Shown piece by piece: positions 11,785 through 22,336 of a stretch of DNA of 64,000 nt. The notes below the pieces were generated by a model. It was not told the DNA's origin. It saw nothing but the letters and a program-made list of their open reading frames with translations, and made no database searches. This DNA comes from Klebsormidium nitens (taxonomy: Eukaryota; Plantae; Klebsormidiophyceae), in contig DF237131.1 in assembly GCA_000708835.1 (NCBI GenBank), positions 26,882 to 90,881 on the forward strand, in the 5' to 3' direction. How positions within the stretch are numbered: position 1 is the first letter of the stretch; each line of letters starts with the position of its first letter. The position numbers and the translations under genes are program-made.

Positions 11785-14700
11785 AGAGTTATAAAAATGC
11801 GCCTCCTTATTCAAGAGTACGCGTTACTAACTGTTGTGCAATGATGCAACAAAGGCGACATAAACAGACTCGAAGAAGCCGGGTGCATGGCAGAGCACAT
11901 TGACAAAGCGAGGGCCAAGGAAGGAGGATTTTGACAGCGCAACAGCTGAAAAGTAGCACACTAGTGCATAGATAAGCATTTTGTGGCATCGAATTGACGT
12001 GGGCCCGCCTGATTGATTGACTTGATCTTCTTATTTTTCGGGCTCCAGCCAAAGCTTCGCTGAAAGAGACATTGCGTTGGAAGTGTATAGCCGACATAAT
12101 AGACCTGCCGCTAGCAAGCATGGAATACTGAGATCAGGTGTTACTGAGATTGTTGTTGCCAAGACGTCGAATTCAAAAGCTTTGGAGCAAAGCTTGCCCG
12201 AGCTCCTAGATCTGTGGCATGTCATGATTGTATGGCATTTCAAACCGTACGATCCAACCAGTGCGCGGCCTGGCACCCAAACATGTCCGATAAGTGCTGC
12301 GATTCCTGCACAAATCCACCCTATCAGCTAGTCCATTGCGACCCCATTGCGACTCCCACCAAAGGTGGTTATTCGTTGAAGCGCTGTAGTTTTCGTGGAA
12401 CAATGATATACCTATTAAGAGAGTTGGTTGCCGCGCTCGCAACGCAATCCTCGGACACCAAGTACAACGGGCGCTGGTTAAACTGCAGATTGAGAGCTAC
12501 TTCTGATTACAGAAGCTATGAAAGGTAAAAGGTTATCCTGACCCAGCTCACCTCAATGCCAATATGTCTGGCGTTCATTGTGACGACATTATCGTTTGAC
12601 ACCTTATTATCATCTCGAGTACGCCCGGTAATGACACATTTTATTCGTTCTCTGATTGGTCGAAATCGTTTACCATTGACTTCGTTGACCACGAAGTCGC
12701 CTGATTGAACAAAGCGCACCCCGCCCTAGATCGTACATCCAAAAGATCGACACCGTCCAGCTTCCAATCCGACGGCAGAAAAGTACCTAGTCTAGTACAC
12801 CAATGAACCGTCCAGGCCCTTATGATAGTACTAAGTATATATGCTTAAATCACAATTACGGTAATTCGTGTCAGCCGGTCTCCGCGAACCCACAAAGCCT
12901 TACGTCCCCGAGGTGTGGATATGGTACATTCTGATATCAGAGCCATACACATCGTGGTCGTGTACGACTTGTGTACAACTTTGGCACGAGGAATATGACA
13001 TGGGTACAGTACAAGCATCCTGTACACGGCCTGTACCAGGGCTGCACAGTACACGCGAGGTACACGCTTGGCACAAAGCTTGTGCCACTCAGACACATCC
13101 AAGGCATGGGTTTCAGAACTGACATTGAAAGAGCACCCAACGCGCACATGAAGCGCATGGCTGGCGCACCTCGCGTAGACGCTTGGCAAGAAACTAGTAC
13201 CGCGACCGTCGGTCCAAACCGGCCCGGCTGCCCCGCGCTGCTGGCCGGGCGGAAGCGGGTTGCGCGGCGCCCGGTTGTACACCACAGTCGGTACCAGACC
13301 AGTAGCTACCTCAGTACTGTGTGCGTCAGGTATTCACCTGTAACTGCCGTGTCCAATTTTTCCACGTGGCTCATCGGAGGCTCCGTATGGCAGGAGTCCA
13401 GACCATCGACGGTCCCACGGATTCTACTCCGACCTTGAGAGGCAACGGTCACCCAGTTTCAAAACCGTAAACAGATTTCAAGGCAGAATACTTATGAGGA
13501 AGGCGCCAAACTTCTCCTTAGTTTTCAAGAAGCGCAGTATTATTAATCAAGCACCTGCGCCATGTTGAGCGTCCAGTGAGGTGAAGAGTGGAGGATCAAG
13601 CAATGCCGCGGCAGCAAATTCGGGTCTGTGCAGGGGGCTTGCAGGATGGCAAGTCGGAAACACTGGAAAGGTTCAGAGGTGAGCTTAATTGCATTGGGCC
13701 GGTCCTTTAAAGCAGGTGAAATGTCTCATATGAAATATGTGGGCTGATCAGCTGGATGCAGCGTCACAGTCAGGCTGCAGCTTAAATTCTAGGTTTGCAA
13801 CTTTGGGCCTGAACATGCATGCTATGCTCTTTTGTTAAACCATAAGTTCCTATAAGTTTGTTCAATCTTGGTTCAATCTTGCAGCCTTTTCACTGATGTG
13901 CTAGGTAATGAAGAGCTTGCTGGAAGATTCGTGACTGAAGAATATTCATGAAGTTCTTACCAATTCTCCAGCTGCCAAAAACCAACTCAAGCACTATACA
14001 AACACAGTTGGAGGCAGGAGAAAGGCCACTCTTTCTGTTCTTTGAAAGTCAAGCAGGGATCATTTAGGGGTAAGCTTCCAATCTTACAGTCTCTTGGCTC
14101 TCTGTCCAGAGCTTAAGCTTAGCTGATTAGGCTAGATTGCAATTGTCAGTCTTGTAAGCCAAGCAATACTTCATAAGTGACTCTAGATTAGTTGCATTCT
14201 AGTTGCATAGTAGCAGCATGCAGGGTACCTTCATATGCTGTTTAGATTTGTCAGTGAGGACCTTCTGCCCAGCCCTCAATGCTTCAACTTTCATATTGAG
14301 GTTGCGCTGACGTCATCGGTAGATGACTATAATGTGGCATACATTCTGCAAAGTAGCCTCTGCATGTTCTGCAAGTCAGACCACTTTGTGAGTCAGGTAG
14401 GATCGGCCTTACAGCAGCAGACTGTTCTTCAATCACATTTGGCATTGGGTAGACAACAGGCTTCAGCTGGCACCAACTGAGGAGTACTTTGAGGTGAGCT
14501 GCCGGGACCTCAAAGCCGGCGAATCAATTGACCCCTACAAGCTCGTGTTGAGGCATCAGAAGGCGCTTGTCAGTGCCAACATCAATCAGAAGCAGCTTAT
14601 CAGCCTTTCAAAAACGTCACAATGTCAGAGTACTGATCAGTCCACATGCGCATGCTTCAAGTACCAATCCCATGCAATTGCGATACCAGTCTCGTACATC

Positions 14701-15283
14701 TGCAATGGTCGAAGATGAGCTGACATCAGAAGTGCATTGAAGGCGCACACTCTTGGTCTCTTTCGTGCGCACAATGTGTACAGCAAACGCATGGTCAGGG
14801 CATCCTGCACCATACAGTCTGTGTGTGGTGCACGATCGTGTACCTGTCGTGTATCAATCAGTAAATCCCCAATACACTGTGGCCTCGTGTACCATAGTGT
14901 ACCGGATTGATACCGGAATGTACCCGAATGACACCAGAATGTACCCTGGCAAGTTTTGAGATGTACTTTGATAAGCCCGAAAGATAGTGTCCGCCCGCGA
15001 AAGACTACAAGCTACAACCGAAGCTACCTACCCGGTGACACTTGGCCAAAAGTCGGAGCCGGTTAGCCAGCTGGCCCTGCATCTTAACCCGAGTAAGGTG
15101 GCCATTCTCTTTGTCAAATTCATGCATTACCGGTACCTAGGTAGTAGGTACTGTGAGTGACTGAGGTACCAGGTACCGGTACTAGGTACCTAGTCTAAGT
15201 AGGTACTAGCTGCAGTACGTGGCAACTCCGTTCTGGCCGGCCCAAGGGCATGAAAGGGGCTTGTCTGCTAGGGTTTCCTGCTC

Positions 15284-15334
15284 GGGGACGGGTAGGGTTG
15301 GTTTGGGGGTTATGGTAGGTAGGTGTGCGGAGCG
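15284..15334 (-). repeat. Dispersed repeat core (family with 11680-11744, 19170-19210, 44113-44161)
   Basis: The reverse complement, cgctccgcacacctacctaccataacccccaaaccaaccctacccgtcccc, aligns by eye with the other copies. Confidence 0.6.
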
Positions 15335-15936
15335 CGTGAGACTCTGGGTTAGGGGTATTACTAAGATGCCCGGGGCCTCTCAATCTTAGGAGGCGAGCCC
15401 CTCAGGAGACAAGGGAGTTGCAACTTGCCATGCGTTATAAATGATTGCGACCCTGTTTTCCTGCTTCACTTACTTCTTCCAACTGCATCATGCAGCATTC
15501 CGTGGCCGTCATTAATATTCAATTTCAACCCGCAAATTGTGGGCTTCAAGGCACAAGTTGAAGTTACAATGGGCCTGGCCCAGGCTGGAACTGCCCAGTA
15601 GTACCTACTGTACCTAGCTGGTAACAGTACTGTACGTAGACTGTACAGCCGACAGGTACCTACATAGGTAGCTTAGGTAGGTACGTAGGTAGGAGACTTC
15701 AATGGTACACAGAAGTGGCACACCAGTGCACTGGCAGTTCCAGCTGCTTCGAAGTATTTTCAGAGGTAGGTACATTGACAAAGCTCACCTGCTTTCTCAG
15801 AGCCTCGAGAACCAGATAGGTACCCAGCTTATCTACTTCAAGGTGCCTAGTTTCCCTGAGCAATGCTTCCCTTCAGTTCTCTAAACTTCGAACTGAAGTT
15901 GCCAAGATTATTGTGCTGCTGCTTGCTCCTTCCAAA

Positions 15937-18900
15937 ATGGCGCCCTTCATATTGAGCACGTCTTGCAACGTCTACGCCGTGCTTGGCGTGTGCCTAGTCT
16001 TCTTCAGCCTCATGAGCAACAGCCAGAGCCTCTCACGAGCGGCAAACGTCCAGACGTGTGCTGCAAACCAATGTCCCTCGGGTGTTTGTTCAGGCGAGGG
16101 TGCTTGCTGCAACGATGGCGAGAACCCGACCCTTTGTGGGGGTGAGTGCTGTTACCTCGGCAGGGACGGGGACAACAAATGCTTCGGGGACGCGGCCGAA
16201 GGCGTGTGCTGCTCTATTGCCTACAACGCCAACCCCACCAACTGCGGGGGACAGTGTTGCTACCGCTCGTGCATTGGCAATGCAACTGTTGGGACTTGCT
16301 GCCCCGAGGGTTACAGTTTGTGCGGGGGGGACTGCTGTGGTCCGCAGCCTGGGGGAGAGACGAGCTGCAATGGGGATGCAGTGACAGGGCAGTGTCTCTC
16401 AACAACCATCAAAGGAGGCCTTCTTTGTGGGGGCAACGAATGTTTCCGGGACTCTGGGGGCCCTGTTCCCTACACGGTCTGCATTGGCGACGCATTGGCA
16501 GGCGTCTGCTGCTATGACTCTGACGCCACAGAGGTCTGTGGGGATGGTCGTTGTTGTGGGTATCCCTATGACGAGGAGACCAGCACCGCCTGCGCTGCTG
16601 ACGTGGCCCAAACCAACCAACCCTCAGCATGCTGTGGTGGAGGCGAGGTCAACTGCAACGGCTACTGCTGCGACACAGCCGACGGGTACACGTGTGACAC
16701 TGTTCTCGGAAACTGCTGCGGATCGGAGGAGGTGTCTTGTGGCCTGGGCCAGTGCTGCGACGAGTCTTCATTATGTTTAGAAACCAAACCTGGGGACGCC
16801 TCCTCCGGTACCTGCTGTTACAGTCCGCCAGGCAATGGTGCTCCTCCCGTTATTTGCGGGGGGAACTGCTGCTATCCTGGCTTCGGAGACACGTGTTACG
16901 GCGACGCTACCACAGGAGTTTGCTGTCCCCAGGGCGCTGTTCCCCTTGGGGGCATGTGCTGCAACGACGGTGCTACACTCTGTGGGAGTGGGTGCTGCAA
17001 TGTCCAGACTGGGTATGAGGTCTGTCATGAGGCCTCCGGAGTCTGCTGTTTCAAAGATGACGTCCCCTGTGGGAACGATTGCTGCAGTCCGGGGTACTCG
17101 ACCTGCCAAGGCGACCCCTCGTCGCCCTCCGCAAAGTGCTGCCAGGAGGGCTCGGTGTTGTGCGGGGGTTCTTGCTGCGATGAGACACGCTATCAGCAGT
17201 GCATTGGGAATGCTACCTTAGGAGCCTGCTGTTACAAGCCGGCAACCACAGAAGACACGCCTTACACACTGTGCGGAGGGCAATGTTGTCACACCGGCCA
17301 GTACGATAACCGGGGTGGTCCGACCAGCGTTTGCTTTGGAGACGAGGTTGAAGGAGTGTGTTGCGACGAGTCGATCAACCCAGAAGTCTGTGGGGGTCGA
17401 TGCTGCAATGGGGGTCACTGCATAGGCAATGCAACCGTGGGGAACTGCTGCAGATATGACTTGACTATTTGTGGGGGCGAGTGCTGCGACCTTAACGGCA
17501 ATGGGTACTACTGCCTACAAGCTGGAACACCTAAAGAAACCTGCTGCTATGGAGACCAGAGCACTGTTTGCGGGAGCCAGTGTTGTGACGCTGCCCAAGG
17601 CTTCAACTGCTTGGTGGATGGGGCCACAGAGCTATGCTGTTATGGCGACGGCGCCACCATATGCGGAGGTCTTTGCTGCACGGGAGCTTGTATGGGGGAT
17701 GCACAGGATGGAACGTGCTGCTATGGGGCCAGTAACCAGTTCTGTCTGAGTAAGTGCTTCTCTCCTTCCTAGATTGCTTTGCGTCAATATTGATTCGACT
17801 TCTTTCATGCTAGCGTGACTGGTTATCTCCTTGTCTTTGTAAGGAGCTTCACCTGCTAGAGTAGACCATGTTCGTCCTTCCTTGGATGAGTCTACGAAAG
17901 TCGCCTCATTAAAGAATGCTTGTTCAAGCTTCAATAAGCCGGAGTTTGTTCAAAAGAAACCGAGTTTGTTCAAAAGAAATTGATGTTGGAGCCTTCTAGC
18001 CAAGGAGCCGACTCTGTTGTCCAACTAATTCAAACCCCTGGAACGGGTTTCCAGCCCTTGCAATTTATAAGCTGGCAAGCTTTGAGAAGAAGTCTTATTT
18101 AACGTGCATCAAAAGAGCCAAATTCCTGATCTTTGAGTACAGTATGTAAACGGTTTTTACAACTTTGTCAATTCTTTGTTCAGGGTAGAAGAAAGAGCAT
18201 GGTTCAACGTCAAGGAAAAGAAAAAAACCTTCCAATCCTGCAAACAGGTCTTCTGAATGATTATGCTGGAACTTGTCCTGAAAGGTCCTGATCAACCAAG
18301 CTTCTGTTTTAAATCCTTTGCTTAGAACAAGCTGACGTTGGTCATTCCTATAGGTGGCTCTGGCCATGGAGATCCGCATTACCGGCTGGAAGGGTTCCCT
18401 GACGGCAAAGTCCTGGAGTGGGACTTTCACGGCAGAAACAACAAGTGCTACTGCATGGTCTCAGACACAAGACTTGCGGTGAGCACCACCAACTCGTTCA
18501 GCTGTTCCGCTAGAGATGTTTATTTTCGAAGGCTGATGTTGTTGGCGCACGTTTGTAACTGAACGCTCTGGAGCTTTTGGCAAGAGAGGCGGATCCGGAT
18601 AATCCTTCTCAAATGAGCACCTTACAAACTTCAGCAGATCAGCCAAACTGTCTTCTCATACATTGTTATCTGCTCGGAGTAACTTATCTAGAGCTTCAAT
18701 TGTCAGCTACGAAAGCCCTTTGCAGACATCAAAAGAGCCATGCTCGATTTTGGCGACAGCTTTAGGTACCGGCGACTGGCCAGCTGATAGGAAGGAATCT
18801 GGACTGAGCAACCGTTTGTGTGTATCTTTCCTATTCTCGAAAGCTTCGTATGGCGTGGCAGATAATCGCTTGAGCTTGTTACTCGAGGAGCTTGCAAGCC

Positions 18901-21010
18901 TGTTCTTTGAGGTTTCCAACCAAAGTTATGAATTTTTGAAGTCGTTTGTTGCTCTACGGAAGCCACATGCTGAGTTGGAGCGAGCGAGAAGTTCTCATCG
19001 CAATATCAGGCTCGCTGCAAAGCCGTTGAACCACACAGATAGACACCTCTTCATAGGTGGCAGCTTCATCTGGCTCTTACGGTAATTGCTTCTTTCTATG
19101 TCGCAACAATTTAGGATTAGTAGAACTTAGAAATAGTAAGCTCAAACCAAACTTCAAAGCCCAACCTATAAGAACTACCTACTCCGCTCCCGTACCCACC
19201 ATAACCCTAGTAGTTCTAAAAAGTCATTGCTTCTTCTTGCTTTCCAGTTGACGGTACACATGTTCTCCCTGGCACCGGACGCCCGCATTCTGGAGCGTCC
19301 GGAAGACGACGGACTGAACCTTTTTGAGGGCACGTGGATGGACGGGCTGGGGATCCTGTACATTGACGACAGGGGAGAGCAAAAGAGCATCGCCATCGTC
19401 CTGAACACCGATCTGGACCGCGCCGGAGAGGCACCCTTTGAAGTCACCTTCGAGGGGGATGACGTCACCGCTGCCGTCAACGTAAGTTGAATGACAGCAT
19501 GCTGGTCATCCGTTCAAATCAGATTTTGAGTTGCAAGCGGGTTTTCAGTTTTGCCTACCCGCAGGGAGTGTGATGAACAAGTTTGAACATACTTCGATCG
19601 ATTATTTCCTAAACGCCATCACAGTCTATTAGTCCTGGATATTTGTTAGCTGCACGTAGCACAAGCAGAATGCCATTGATACCACCAGTCAGTCTCACAA
19701 GTACGTTTCCAAATCCAAGCTCAAACCTTCTTTCCATCCGCTTCTGTCCGATACATCCGTGTTCACGAAGGCTCCGCTCAAAATCCATCTTGTTGATTGC
19801 TTACTTCCCCAGGCATCGAGCAGACGACGTCAGCAAGCGGATGAAATAGCAGTTTTGTTACTCAGAAGTGACATTGGACAATTGTTATGGGAACCTCGAA
19901 CCTTGAACCTGATCCTGCAGGGCCCCGATAATCAGTGGACAAGCCCTGACGGCACCTCTCGGATCCGCCGTTCCGCCGATCGCGCCAACGCCCTGTCCGT
20001 TTCCGTTGCCGGACTCCTGGAGATGGAGGTTGTGAGCGACGTCGAGAAGGAGCTTATTGCGGACCCGCCCGTCCACTTCCTCAACTTCGACATTAAAGCC
20101 ATCGCCAACACAGCAAACGTGCACGGGGTAAAGCACTCTCCTCGGGGTTGCTTCTTTTCTTGCCAGTGGGATGTCTATTTGCTGCCCGTCGATTCTAGCC
20201 TTGATTCCGGCTCTTTCTTTCTTGGCATGCAGATAATTGCCCCTCACCTTGTTTGCAAACTGCTCCGCGTTTGATGTATCCCTGAAGATTTCTTGAGGCT
20301 CCTGAAAATCATTTGGGGCGGACGCCCCTTCCTAGGTCCTGGGCTCAGTATTCGCCGTCCGAACTCTTGAACTTAACCGTACCGTTTTCTCCCCTTCCTA
20401 GTTCCTGGGGCAAATGTTCGCCCCCGGAGCGGTCGACGAGCGGCTGGCGATGGGCACGCTCGAGGGGCTCCGCCACCGCGAGTACGTCGAAGGCACCGAT
20501 GACGACTACCTCACCTCGGGGCTGACGTCAGCGGACTGCGGCTTCAGCCGCTTCGGCGAGGTGCGGACACGTGTCACGATGCGCTCTATCAGTAGATACG
20601 GGAGGACTGCAAATAGAAGAGCTTCACTTGTTCCGGCTCTGTTGGCGCGCTCTGCTTGTTGGTGCCTGATCCTCGCAAGAGCGTACTCAATGAGTCGCAT
20701 CTCTGGTGCGCCCCGTTTGGTCTTGAAAGCCCCAGCCTCTTCTGAACCTTTCTAAAACCTAAGACCCTGACATGAAAATCTCGTTGAAATAGCCTTCTGC
20801 ACTCGTTTGGGTACTTACTAACAGACGCATGCTTGCAACTCAACACCACTGTCATCCTCCTTCTTTCAGGTGCCGGAAAATTTGGTCGTGGATCCACTGG
20901 TTGCTTCCTCTCGCCGTCTCTTCTCGACGGCCGACTATGAGCTTCCCGTCACCAAGTCAGCCGTTTGCCGGCTGGTTGGGAAAGGGAGGAATGCTTTTAT
21001 GTGTGCCTGA
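15937..21010 (+). CDS. Secreted cysteine-repeat protein with a C-terminal Root-cap/LEA-like (VWD-like) domain (exons 15937-17749, 18354-18478, 19248-19481, 19921-20127, 20402-20560, 20870-21010)
   Basis: Signal-peptide-like N-terminus, then about 17 CGGxCC...CxG[DN]AxxGxCC units in one 1.8-kb exon. The C-terminal motifs GDPH..FHG..CYCMVSD, TWMDGLGILY, VHGFLGQ, YLTSGLTSADCGFSRF and C..GKG..C parallel plant Root_cap family motifs. All six exons join in phase. Confidence 0.85.
19170..19210 (+). repeat. Dispersed repeat core, partial copy, intronic
   Basis: aagaactacctactccgctcccgtacccaccataaccc resembles aagaactatacgtacgctcctcaccccaacccaccctaacc at 11680. Confidence 0.5.
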
Positions 21011-21294
21011 GATTGGACGACACTCCCAGGCAAGGAGAACGGCATAAGTTGCTACTTAGGGACTCTTTTAGATTTGTGGTTTCTCATGGTTTTGAAGTGG
21101 TTGCGTTTTTGTAAACAGTGGCCAGGTCAAGGAACCCGCTTGAGTGATTTGGTAGCAAGTTGGGATTTGCATCTTGTACGGGATAGCTAGGACAGCTCAA
21201 AGTAGGTTGCCGCTCTTATATGGGTCAATTCTAGCTAGTTTGGATCAAAAGAATCAACCTCAACTCCATGTGGTTTTGAGTAAGAAAAAACGTC

Positions 21295-21520
21295 AAAAGA
21301 AATGGTCTACGGTAGTACTGAGTGGTTCTGAAAAAGCGTCCAAAGGAATGGTCTACGGTAGTAGTACTGAGTGGGTCTGGAAAAACCATCGAAAAAAAAT
21401 GGTCTACGGTGGTACTGAGTGGGTAAAAAAAACATCAAAAAGAATGGTCTACGGAAGTGCTGAGTGGGTATGATCAGGCGTCAAAGGAAATGGTCTACAG
21501 TATTACTGGGTGGGTCTGAC
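21295..21520. repeat. Minisatellite, five ~47-bp units
   Basis: aatggtctacggtagtactgagtgg core at ~21301, 21347, 21398, 21442 and 21489, separated by A-rich linkers. Confidence 0.9.
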
Positions 21521-22336
21521 GTTGTAATATCTTCGGGAGCTCAATGAAGGTCAACTGGTGGAGTCCAGGACGTCGATCAGATTAACGTTTTCAGGAAAGG
21601 TGTTTATGTCCCTGTCAAATTCAATGCAAAAACTGAGTCTCTTTGAGGGGGAGGTTTGCACTAAGGGTCGCTGATCCAAAGGATTGATGGGCGGTCCCAT
21701 CCGATCGCAATGTTTCGGACAGTCCTGATTTGGTATTATGCATGGACTCTCGTGAGCGATACGATACTTGTTTCAAGCAGAGGGAGCATGAAGTTGCATG
21801 CGGGTGTAATCATCGACTCTCTCGACTATATTTAAACACTTGCCGTCAAACCCGGATGCAATGATCCCTCGGAGTCGGCCCGGGTCCCACGGGATATAAA
21901 AGCGGTCAGTTGGGCCATGTGCAGCACATATAATTTCTTGCGCGTGCAGTCCAATGAAACAGCGGCCAGTGAGCCACACGAATTGTATACTAACGCAGGT
22001 GGCGCTGACACCACTGCAGCATCGGCAAGTTTGGTAAACGGGCGCATTCCATGGAATCTACTTTAATCAGCAGAAATACATGGATTTGCACAGACATGAC
22101 CCCAAATGATGTTTCATGACGCATGACAGGTGGCAATAGTGCTGACCCAAATGAACCAGATTGGCCTCAGCATTCAGCGTCGCACATCATGCGACAAGAC
22201 AGGAAATGACTCAGCGCTTGAAGCAGGTGATGAAAGGGAATCAAGCAAACAACCCGAAGTTTCTTCAAGTCCTCTAGTCACTAGGTTCTCGCAGTGGACG
22301 CATTGAATCCCGTCTTGCTTAGAAACCATCACAGTT

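Noticed and set aside
12516-12719. Short minus-strand ORF ending at a gag|gtgagc donor-like site
   Set aside because: No downstream exons or similarity could be found.
13400-14750. hAT-transposase-like fragments (e.g. AAALLDP on the minus strand)
   Set aside because: The motifs are too short, the frames are broken, and no catalytic or dimerisation motif was recognisable.
21295-21520. CRISPR-like repeat-spacer appearance
   Set aside because: The linkers are short, A-rich and similar to one another, there are no cas genes, and the context is eukaryotic. It is a minisatellite.
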